Source: Halomicronema hongdechloris C2206 (GTDB taxonomy: Bacteria; Cyanobacteriota; Cyanobacteriia; Phormidesmidales; Phormidesmidaceae). From it: a DNA stretch of 32,000 nucleotides. Below are positions 8,691-16,207 of this stretch, piece after piece. How positions within the stretch are numbered: the stretch's first letter is position 1; every line of letters begins with the position of its first letter. The stretch lies in NCBI RefSeq assembly GCF_002075285.3, contig NZ_CP021983.2:3510001-3542000 (forward strand). Reading direction: 5' to 3'. Under the pieces are notes generated by a model that was not told the DNA's origin, searched no databases, and worked only from the letters and a program-made list of their open reading frames with translations. The position numbers and the translations under genes were made by a program.

Positions 8691-8933
8691 CGGACTCGCC
8701 TGGGCTAGGCTAGGCCAACTGGAGCCAACCGCCCAATCCGAGGCCGATTCCCCACAGCAGGACTACCACTCGCCGTAGCCATGGCCGGGAGAATCGACAT
8801 GAATCCATCGCGTTTACCTGATAATGCGTTCAGTCAGGGGAAATATCCTCTCAACCCTATCAGGTCGGCGGCCTCTGCCGCCAAGGTGGTGTTCGACACA
8901 GGAGCGAAGGGGAGGGGGGTGATGGGGAGGAAG

Positions 8934-8961
8934 GAAGAGTGAAGAGTGAAGAGTGAAGGGG
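8934..8961. repeat. heptamer array (GAAGAGT)n, STRR-like
   Basis: gaagagt x3 then gaagggg. It is the reverse complement of the array at 9554-9588. Confidence 0.9.
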
Positions 8962-9062
8962 CAAGGAAAACAGGTAGCGTGGGTCGTTTTACTTAAGCGA
9001 GAGAAGTTATGAATGGTCAGGGAAGGACCCACGGGGGAAAGAGAGGGCTGAGGGCGGAGGAA

Positions 9063-9090
9063 AGTGTTGAGTGTTGAGTGTTGAGTGAGT
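9063..9090. repeat. heptamer array (AGTGTTG)n
   Basis: agtgttg x3 then agtgagt. The same unit recurs at 15383-15401. Confidence 0.9.
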
Positions 9091-9183
9091 GAATGGTTTG
9101 GTTCCCTGTCAAACCGGTGGAATGAGCGGAGCGAGTGGCCCGATGCGGATAGAGGGTAAGGGGACAGGGTGGGCGTGGGAAAA

Positions 9184-9252
9184 GGCAGAAAGCAGAGGGC
9201 AGAAGGCAGAAGGCAGAAGGCAGAAGGCAGAAGCAGAAGGCAGAAGGCAGAA
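9184..9252. repeat. heptamer array (GGCAGAA)n, about 10 units
   Basis: ggcagaa agcagag ggcagaa x5, one 6-mer gcagaa, then ggcagaa x2. Confidence 0.95.
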
Positions 9253-9273
9253 ACATACCCCTTGCCTTCCTTG

Positions 9274-9352
9274 CCGATGCGACGCGATCTATCACGGCTC
9301 ACCGATATGCCCTTCCGCAGGTCCAGGGCAGCGGTTTTGCCCTGGTCGTAGG
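9274..9352 (+). repeat. dispersed hairpin repeat, copy 1
   Basis: ccgatgcgacgcgatct...accgatatgcccttccgcaggtccagggca-gcggttt-tgccctggtcgtagg. The 8-bp stem is ccagggca/tgccctgg (9323-9345). It is near-identical to copy 3 at 25745-25866. Confidence 0.85.
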
Positions 9353-9436
9353 AGTCCGAGGGAAGCGAAATTCCCTCGGATGAGCGCTTTGACTGGTGCA
9401 ATTAAGTGTGGTCTTACCGAGGTCTATCATGCCTTG

Positions 9437-9514
9437 CCGATGCAGCGCGATCTTGAACGACCAACCGACAGGCCCTTCCGCAGGTCCAGGGCAGCGGTTT
9501 GCCCTGGTCGTAGG
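9437..9514 (+). repeat. dispersed hairpin repeat, copy 2 (more diverged 5' half)
   Basis: ccgatgcagcgcgatct...ggcccttccgcaggtccagggcagcggtttgccctggtcgtagg. It lies in direct orientation 163 nt after copy 1. Confidence 0.85.
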
Positions 9515-9553
9515 GGTCCGGAGTAAGCAAGCCCCTTCCCTTTTCACCCTCCC

Positions 9554-9588
9554 ACTCTTCACTCTTTACTCTTCACTCTTTACTCTCC
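9554..9588. repeat. heptamer array (ACTCTTC/ACTCTTT)n
   Basis: Five units. It is the reverse complement of 8934-8961, and the same unit occurs at 15539-15573. Confidence 0.9.
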
Positions 9589-9627
9589 CCCGCCCGCCCA
9601 CTTATCCACTGGCCTACTCACCTGGCC

Positions 9628-11052
9628 TCAAACCTGGGCGGTTTCCCGGGCCCACTCGGTGTGGAAGACCCCTTCTTTGTCCACCCGCTCATAGGTGTGG
9701 GCCCCGAAGTAGTCTCGCTGGGCCTGGGTGAGATTTTGTGGTAGGCGATCCCGCCGATAGCTGTCGAAGTAGTCTAGGGAGGCACTGAAGGCAGGCACCG
9801 GAATTCCCATCTGAGCGGCAGTGGCAATCACTTCGCGCCAGGCCTCTTGGCGATCGAGGATGGTCTGTTTGAACTCCGGGGCCAATAGCAGGTTGGGTAA
9901 CTGCCGGTTCTCATCGAAGGCATGCTTGATCTTGTTCAAAAAGCCAGCCCGAATGATGCAGCCTCCCTTCCAGATGCGGGCTGTCTCGCCCAGATTCAGA
10001 TCATAGTTATAGGTATCTGAGGCCTTGGCCAGAAGGGCCATGCCCTGGGCGTAGGAGCAGATTTTAGAGCAGTAGAGGGCATCGCGAATCTTATGGATGA
10101 AGCTGGCTCTATCGCCGCTGAATTGGCTGCTAGGCCCATTCAGTTGCTTAGAGGCCGCCACTCGCTCGCTCTTGATAGATGACATGATGCGAGCGTTCAC
10201 AGCCGCGGTGATAGTAGGAATGCCAATGCCTAATTCCAAGGCACTGATCACCGTCCAGCGACCGGTCCCCTTTTGACCGGCGGCATCCATGATTAGTTCC
10301 ACCAGGGGCTCTCGGATCTCGTCATCGAGCTTGGTGAAGATATCGGCGGTGATCTCCACCAGGAAGGAGTTGAGCTCATCGGTGGTGTTCCACTCGGTGA
10401 AGACCTCATGCAGCTGCTGGTGATTGAGGCCGACGGTGTTCTTGAGCAGGTCATAGGCTTCGGCAATGAGCTGCATATCGCCGTACTCAATGCCGTTGTG
10501 CACCATTTTGACGTAGTGGCCAGAGCCGCCAGGGCCGATGTAGGTGACGCAAGGGCCATCATCGACCTGGGCGGCGATCTTGGTGACAATCGGCTCGATG
10601 GATTCGTAGGCAGCCCGGGTACCACCAGGCATCAGGCTAGGACCATTGAGGGCACCTTCTTCGCCGCCACTGACCCCCATGCCGATGAACCGCAGTCCGG
10701 TGGCTTCCAGTTCTTCTACCCGGCGTTCGGTGTCTTCGAACAGGGAGTTGCCGCCGTCGATGATCATGTCGCCCTCTTGTAGCAGCGGTTTCAGCTGCTG
10801 GATGACGGCATCAACAGGCTTGCCTGCCTTGACCATGACCAGGATGCGGCGGGGGCGCTCCAGGGCGCTGACAAACTCTTCCAGGGAATAGGTGGCTTTG
10901 ACGTTTTTGCCCTGGGCCCGATTTTTCATGAAGGCGTCGGTCTTTTCGGCGGTGCGGTTATAGACCGCCACCGGGAATCCATTGCGCTCGACATTCAGGG
11001 CGAGGTTTTCCCCCATGACGGCGAGGCCGATTACACCAAAACTCTGTGCCAT
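9628..11052 (-). CDS. gnd: 6-phosphogluconate dehydrogenase, decarboxylating
   Basis: '[16 protein letters not shown]' is a Rossmann N-terminus. '[12 protein letters not shown]', '[11 protein letters not shown]' and '[22 protein letters not shown]' are present. ATG at 11052 is preferred over the track's TTG at 11067. Confidence 0.93.
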   Translation of the reverse strand: MAQSFGVIGLAVMGENLALNVERNGFPVAVYNRTAEKTDAFMKNRAQGKNVKATYSLEEFVSALERPRRILVMVKAGKPVDAVIQQLKPLLQEGDMIIDGGNSLFEDTERRVEELEATGLRFIGMGVSGGEEGALNGPSLMPGGTRAAYESIEPIVTKIAAQVDDGPCVTYIGPGGSGHYVKMVHNGIEYGDMQLIAEAYDLLKNTVGLNHQQLHEVFTEWNTTDELNSFLVEITADIFTKLDDEIREPLVELIMDAAGQKGTGRWTVISALELGIGIPTITAAVNARIMSSIKSERVAASKQLNGPSSQFSGDRASFIHKIRDALYCSKICSYAQGMALLAKASDTYNYDLNLGETARIWKGGCIIRAGFLNKIKHAFDENRQLPNLLLAPEFKQTILDRQEAWREVIATAAQMGIPVPAFSASLDYFDSYRRDRLPQNLTQAQRDYFGAHTYERVDKEGVFHTEWARETAQV

Positions 11053-11170
11053 GTTGCTGTGTCCCAATAACTTGCCGGTCTGTGACCAGGGTAGTCAACA
11101 TTTTTAGGGATGGCGGCCACAGCACAGGTTTTCTTTAGGCATGGCAGCTCCCGATCTTCGCCTCAGGCTA

Positions 11171-11731
11171 CTAGTCGAGGGGGCCGTCACCCCGTTGCCT
11201 AGGGCCTCTAAAGGGACGGCCATTAAAGCGTCTCGGCCCTGGTACTTGCTCTCGCCATTGCTGCCGGCGTTGCTCTGCCAGCTCTGCCAGGGTAGCCCGT
11301 TGGTCTGGGGTCAAGACATCGCGAATGGCCAACATGGTTTCGAAGCGCTCGTCCCCCAGTTGTTGCTGTAGGGTCTGGATGGTGTCATGGTGCGATCGCA
11401 ACTCAGCCGCAGGAACATCGCTGGCCATCAGACCTCGCAGGGTCTGTCGTTCTTGCCTGAGCTCCTGATGCAGGGGCTGCAGCGTATCGCGAGCCTGATC
11501 CCGGATAGAGCGAATCTGCTGCAACTGGGTATCGCTGAGGTCAATGGCCTCGAACCAGCGGGGGTCAGGGGATTGCTCGGTGTCGGGGGGGAGCGGTGCC
11601 GGATCAGCTTGGGCCAGGAGTGAGGCCGTGGCCGGCGTGGCGCTGATGCCCGACTCTAGGGGGCCTAGGGAGCCAGCGACGGGTAAGAGTAATACCGCAG
11701 CGATCAAGGTAGATAGGGGATGCAATTTCAT
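11171..11731 (-). CDS. periplasmic Spy/CpxP-family (LTXXQ) protein
   Basis: Signal peptide 'MKLHPLSTLIAAVLLLPVAG'. LTXXQ-type motifs 'LSDTQLQQI' and 'LTPDQRATL'. ATG at 11731 is preferred. It lies directly downstream of the anti-sigma gene. Confidence 0.7.
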   Translation of the reverse strand: MKLHPLSTLIAAVLLLPVAGSLGPLESGISATPATASLLAQADPAPLPPDTEQSPDPRWFEAIDLSDTQLQQIRSIRDQARDTLQPLHQELRQERQTLRGLMASDVPAAELRSHHDTIQTLQQQLGDERFETMLAIRDVLTPDQRATLAELAEQRRQQWREQVPGPRRFNGRPFRGPRQRGDGPLD

Positions 11732-11767
11732 GGCAAATACCTGCTTGAATGTCGTCATAGGGGTCAA

Positions 11768-12154
11768 TCAGTAGTCAGCGGCGTAGAGCGCCACCATCCA
11801 CTCGGTAGGGGCAGCTTCCCAACGGCTAGAAGTGCCTGGACTAGTCGTATCGAGCCAGATTTCAACCACGAAGGTTTCTAGCTCTTCTTGCTGGCTGACC
11901 GCCGTTGAGGGAGGGCGCAACGCCCGATAGCCACTCCAAGCCAGCACTAGGGAGGCGGCCAAGGCCGGAACGGCCCATTGCCATTGCCATCCAGATGAAC
12001 GATGATGGGCAGTTTCAGCCCTGCTGACACGGGCCATCAACCGCTGCTCCAGAGCTGGATCGGCCCCTGGCGGTTGAGGCCGATGCTGGCGGAGAAACTC
12101 CACCAGCGATCGGTCTTCACGGTCTTGATTGGCCTGATTGGTAGGATGCGTCAT
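11768..12154 (-). CDS. anti-sigma factor, single-pass membrane
   Basis: ATGA start/stop overlap with the sigma gene at 12151-12154. 'LVEFLRQHRPQPP...LEQRLMARV' is followed by TM 'WAVPALAASLVLAWSGY'. Confidence 0.7.
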   Translation of the reverse strand: MTHPTNQANQDREDRSLVEFLRQHRPQPPGADPALEQRLMARVSRAETAHHRSSGWQWQWAVPALAASLVLAWSGYRALRPPSTAVSQQEELETFVVEIWLDTTSPGTSSRWEAAPTEWMVALYAADY

Positions 12155-12783
12155 AGGGAAATGCCCTCCCGTTGAAGAAACTGCCGCAGCTGAGCCCGAC
12201 CATGGTGCAGGCGAGACTTAACCGTGCCCACAGGAATCCCTAGAATCTGAGCCACCTGGGCCTGGGGTAACTGTTCTAGGTCATGCAGCACTAACACATC
12301 TCGGTGCTCTGGGCTCAGGTGCTGCAACCCTCGCTGCACCAAGTCTTGGTAGTGCAGGTGGGTGAGGCTAGCGGGGTCGTGGGCTGTCGATACCAGCTGG
12401 GGCAGCTGCTGACGCTGGGCCCTCATCCGAGCCTGTTGCCGTCGACAGTCACTGGCCACATTCCAGACAATCCGATACAGCCAAGTCGAGAACTGAGCCG
12501 ATTGCCGGAACCGAGGTAACCCCTTCCAGGCCCGCAGAAACACCTCCTGTACCAAATCATCCAGGGCGGCATCGGCGCAGAGCTGGTACAAGGTCGCTCG
12601 GACTCGCCCCTGATGGCGCCGATAGAGCCAGCGAAACGCCTCGGTGTCACCGGCTCGGCAAGCCTGTATCAGCTCATCGTCTGAACCCATTGTGGTCAGC
12701 GGCTTCATCTCGTTTATCCGAGTGGGACTGCCAACGTAAAAGCTGTCAGTCAGCGTGTACATAGGTTTAGACTCGGGAGCCAA
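12151..12783 (-). CDS. ECF-type RNA polymerase sigma factor (sigma-70 family, group 4)
   Basis: Region 2 'FRWLYRRHQGRVRATLYQL...LVQEVFLRAWKGLPRF'. Region 4 'LSPEHRDVLVLHDLEQLPQAQVAQILGIPVGTVKSRLHHGRAQL'. The real start may be an internal Met (MKPLTT or MGSDDE). Confidence 0.85.
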   Translation of the reverse strand: MAPESKPMYTLTDSFYVGSPTRINEMKPLTTMGSDDELIQACRAGDTEAFRWLYRRHQGRVRATLYQLCADAALDDLVQEVFLRAWKGLPRFRQSAQFSTWLYRIVWNVASDCRRQQARMRAQRQQLPQLVSTAHDPASLTHLHYQDLVQRGLQHLSPEHRDVLVLHDLEQLPQAQVAQILGIPVGTVKSRLHHGRAQLRQFLQREGISL

Positions 12784-12913
12784 TGCCTTGGTTCAAACGA
12801 AATCACCAATCTGCGCCTGACGTCGACGACAACAATGTTAAAAAATCTGCTCAATCCACGCTGAACTGCCAGATTCATGGCACGATTACAGCCACATATA
12901 GAACTAAATTTTG

Positions 12914-12939
12914 ATACTCCCTAGTTCGGGAGTATTTTT
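12914..12939 (+). promoter_or_regulatory. terminator-like hairpin in the sulfite reductase 5' leader
   Basis: atactccc (12914-12921) / gggagtat (12928-12935) form a perfect 8-bp stem with a 6-nt loop, then tttt. It lies 65 nt upstream of the ATG at 13004. Confidence 0.45.
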
Positions 12940-13003
12940 GTCTGTGCCTGGCCTGCATCACCGGAAACCGCCCAGCCGGCCTGCCCTAGTCCCAAGAGAG
13001 CTT

Positions 13004-15337
13004 ATGTCTACCGAATCATTGACCTGGAAAGACGCCCTGGCCGATCGCATGCCGCCGTCCATGGCCGACGAGATCGACACCTTTGAAAATCAAATGGCCC
13101 TGCGGCGCCAGGGTAAATTAGACGAGAAAGTCTTTGCCGAACTGCGTTTGCGGCGAGGAGCCTATGGTCAGCGCTACGACAATGGCTTCCGCAACGACGG
13201 GGTTACCTCTCAGGAAATTCCCTTTCCCCATAAGGAGTTGACCAAGGGGCCAGATACCAAGTGGGAGGCCCCCGGCATGCAGCGGATTAAGATTCCCTAC
13301 GGCGGCATGACCGCCGAGCAAATGGAAGTGCTGGCCGACATTGCCGAGGAATACTCCGACACCATCCTGCACATCACCACTCGCCAGGACTTTCAATTAC
13401 ACTTCATTGCCCTGGACGATACCCCTGACATGCACCGGCGACTAGCGGCTGTAGGCATCACCACCCGGGAAGCCTGTGGCAACTCCGTGCGCAATGTCAC
13501 CGCCTGTCCCTTGGCCGGCATCTGCCGGGATGAGGTCTTCGACGTCAGCGGCTACGCCAACGAAACCGCCCAATACTTCCTGGGGCACCGGGATGTGCAG
13601 GACTTCGGCCGTAAATTTAAGGTGGCCTTCTCCGGCTGTAAGCAGCATCCTTGTGGTCTCACCTTCATGCATGACTTGGGCCTGATTGCCACCAGCCGGG
13701 AGGTGGACGGGCAAACCCAGTATGGATTCGAGCTGTATGTCGGCGGCGGCCTAGGGGCGGTTCCCCACCTGGCCAAACTATTCGATGAGTTCGTTCCCCC
13801 CGAAGAACTCCTGCCCCTGGCCCAAGCCATTGCCCGGGTCTACGCCCGCCTGGGGGAAAAGAAAAACCGCAACAAGGCCCGGATTAAGTTCCTGGTGGCC
13901 AAGCTGGGCATCGATGAGTTTCGTCGCCTGGTGAAGGAAGAACGGGCCAGTCTGGAAGCGGATCCGGCCTGGACTACCTGGTTGGAAGGAATTGAAGGCT
14001 ATGCGGAATCCGGGTTACCCCAACCCGTCAGCCAAGGGCAGCCAGTGGATCTGGGAGATGCCGCCGCCGAGTATGAGCACTGGCGGGCCACCAATATCTA
14101 TCCCCAGCGCCAGTCGGGATTTGCCGCCGTTACCATTGCTCTGCCCCTGGGGGATATGACCTCCCGGCAGATGCGTGACCTGGCCGATGTCGTGCGCCGC
14201 TTCACCCGCGATACCATCCGGACGACCGTCGAACAGAACCTGCTGTTGCGCTGGATCCACGAGGCGGATCTGCCGGCTCTGTATCTGGCTCTGAAGGCCA
14301 TCAACCTCCACGCGGCCGGAGCCCAATCCATCGTGGATATTACCGCCTGTCCCGGCACCGACACCTGTAAGCTGGGCATTGCCAGTTCTCGCGGCCTCGC
14401 CGCTGAACTGCGTCAGCGGCTGGTGATGAAGGAGGTGCAATACGACGAGGCCCTGCGCAACATTCGCATCAAAGCCAGCGGTTGCTTCAACTCTTGCAGT
14501 CAGCACACCGTGGCTGAGATCGGCTTCTATGGCTCCAGCCGCGTCGTCAGCCGCCATCGCGTGCCCCACTTCCACTTGGTACTGGGGGGCGAATGGGACA
14601 ACAATGCCGCCGAATATGGTCAATCCCTGGGGGTGATTCCCTCCAAGAATATTCCCGATGTGGTGGAATTCTTGCTCGATCTCTACCTGAGGGATCGCCG
14701 CCCCGGCGAAAAATTTCCCGCCTTTGTCAACCGCGTCGGCAAGAAGGCCATCAAGGAGAAGGTACAGCCCTTTGTGGCCGTCCCCGACTATGGCACCGAC
14801 AAGTCGTTTTACACCGACTGGGGCGATGCCCGGGAGTACAGTATCGGCGACATCGGCATCGGTGAGTGTGCCGGGGAAGTCGTGACCTTGACCGACTTCG
14901 GGGTAGCCGTGGCCGAGAGTGCCCACTTCGATGCCACGGTGTTGTTAGAAGAGCGGGATAACCCCGCCAGCGCTCAGGCCTCTGCCAATAAGGCCCTGGA
15001 ATCAATGCTGCTGGCGGCCCAGGCCCTGATTAAATTGCAGAACATTGATATCTCGGATGATCCAGAGACCATCCTCCATGACTTCCGCACCTACTTCTAT
15101 GACACGGAGCTGTTTTTCGATCCCTTTGCCAAGGGTAAATTCGCCAGCTATCTGTTCAATGCTTACGAGCAACGGCAGCAACCAGCCAATCGTGAGCAGG
15201 CTAAGCAGCTGGTAGAAGAGGCGCGCCTATTTATCGAAGCCGCCCACGAATGTTATGCCCGCATGGCCCAGGCTGGCATCAATACCCCAGCCAGCTTTAA
15301 GACGTGGCTGATGGAGCAACAGATGCAGCTGGCGTAG
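13004..15337 (+). CDS. sir: assimilatory sulfite (nitrite/sulfite family) reductase, ferredoxin type, with ~160-aa C-terminal extension
   Basis: Two NIR_SIR half-domains. The siroheme/4Fe-4S cysteine motifs are 'ITACPGTDTCKLGI' and 'IKASGCFNSCSQH'. ATG at 13004 (MSTESLTWKD) is preferred over TTG at 12911. Confidence 0.85.
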   Translation: MSTESLTWKDALADRMPPSMADEIDTFENQMALRRQGKLDEKVFAELRLRRGAYGQRYDNGFRNDGVTSQEIPFPHKELTKGPDTKWEAPGMQRIKIPYGGMTAEQMEVLADIAEEYSDTILHITTRQDFQLHFIALDDTPDMHRRLAAVGITTREACGNSVRNVTACPLAGICRDEVFDVSGYANETAQYFLGHRDVQDFGRKFKVAFSGCKQHPCGLTFMHDLGLIATSREVDGQTQYGFELYVGGGLGAVPHLAKLFDEFVPPEELLPLAQAIARVYARLGEKKNRNKARIKFLVAKLGIDEFRRLVKEERASLEADPAWTTWLEGIEGYAESGLPQPVSQGQPVDLGDAAAEYEHWRATNIYPQRQSGFAAVTIALPLGDMTSRQMRDLADVVRRFTRDTIRTTVEQNLLLRWIHEADLPALYLALKAINLHAAGAQSIVDITACPGTDTCKLGIASSRGLAAELRQRLVMKEVQYDEALRNIRIKASGCFNSCSQHTVAEIGFYGSSRVVSRHRVPHFHLVLGGEWDNNAAEYGQSLGVIPSKNIPDVVEFLLDLYLRDRRPGEKFPAFVNRVGKKAIKEKVQPFVAVPDYGTDKSFYTDWGDAREYSIGDIGIGECAGEVVTLTDFGVAVAESAHFDATVLLEERDNPASAQASANKALESMLLAAQALIKLQNIDISDDPETILHDFRTYFYDTELFFDPFAKGKFASYLFNAYEQRQQPANREQAKQLVEEARLFIEAAHECYARMAQAGINTPASFKTWLMEQQMQLA

Positions 15338-15417
15338 TGAACAAGTGGGTAAGCCGGAGAGTGGGGGAGTGGATGAGGTCTCAGTGTTGGGTGTTGAGTT
15401 GCCAAGATAGTGGCGTC

Positions 15418-15438
15418 ATTCAAAATTCAAAATTCAAA
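15418..15438. repeat. heptamer array (ATTCAAA)x3
   Basis: attcaaa attcaaa attcaaa. Confidence 0.9.
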
Positions 15439-15538
15439 ACCCACCTACCTGCCCAACCATCTACCCTTGCCGTCCGCCGCTCTCCCCTAAGCCCTTCGGG
15501 CAGGCTCCGCCTACACCCCACCACCCCATCACCTATCT

Positions 15539-15615
15539 ACTCTTCACTCTTCACTCTTTACTCTTCACTCTCCGCTCTCCGCTCTCCGTTCTCCCTCCTC
15601 CCTCCTCCCTTTCCC
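15539..15615. repeat. drifting heptamer array, 11 units (ACTCTTC -> GCTCTCC -> CTCCTCC)
   Basis: actcttc x2, actcttt, actcttc, actctcc, gctctcc x2, gttctcc, ctcctcc x2, ctttccc. Confidence 0.95.
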
Positions 15616-15640
15616 TCAATATCTAGAGATACCAATAATC

Positions 15641-16021
15641 GTGACCCTAGACCGCTTCTGTGTAAAATTCCCGGCTCAGCCTCAGGCCTCCGTGGATGAG
15701 GCTGCCTTCATTCCCATCTTCCATGAGTGGATTCGCGATCGCACCTTGGCTGGCACCCTACTGGACGTGGCGGATTATCGCCATGTGCCGGATGGTCCCG
15801 GCATCATGCTGATCACCCACGAGATCAACTACGCCATGGATCGTGATCGGGGTGAATTGGGTCTCTATGCCCAACGCAAGCTGGGTCCGGGAGCAACCCA
15901 TCAAGAACGACTCCTACACCTACTGCGACAAACCGCCATCTTTGGTTCCCGCCTAGAAGCCGATCGGCGGGTAGCTGGCAGCCTGAAGTTGCAAGGGGGC
16001 AAGTTTTTACTACATAGCTAA
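15641..16021 (+). CDS. conserved-looking hypothetical protein, probably frameshifted near its 3' end (see finding)
   Basis: 126-aa ORF. The +1 frame stays open from 15987 to a stop at 16209-16211 with coding-like codon usage ('NDRLRAPNTEESFAALKPDLEAAAASLYPGQSIAMTRLETDPRQRLTILVD'). Confidence 0.6.
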   Translation: MTLDRFCVKFPAQPQASVDEAAFIPIFHEWIRDRTLAGTLLDVADYRHVPDGPGIMLITHEINYAMDRDRGELGLYAQRKLGPGATHQERLLHLLRQTAIFGSRLEADRRVAGSLKLQGGKFLLHS

Positions 16022-16207
16022 CGACCGGCTGCGGGCCCCCAATACTGAGGAAAGCTTCGCGGCTCTAAAGCCAGATTTAGAAGCCGCCGCCGCTAGTCTA
16101 TACCCTGGCCAATCCATCGCCATGACTCGCCTAGAAACCGACCCGCGCCAGCGCCTGACCATTCTGGTGGATACCCATAATCCGGTAGACATTACTGCCT
16201 TGGCAGC

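Noticed and set aside
8814-9526. ORFs 8814-9401 (-), 9017-9295 (-), 9089-9526 (+) and 9299-9562 (-) spanning the repeat-filled intergenic block.
   Set aside because: Their translations are just heptamer arrays read as peptide repeats (for example 'LLPSAFCLLPSAFC' and 'KAEGRRQKAE'). There is no start context or domain content.
14015-14926. 303-aa antisense ORF inside the sulfite reductase gene. Similar long antisense or off-frame ORFs lie inside thrS, gnd, zipN and pdhA.
   Set aside because: These are typical shadow ORFs of high-GC coding DNA. The translations are Gly/Ala/His/Pro-rich and low in complexity, with no motifs, while the sense-strand genes are unambiguous.
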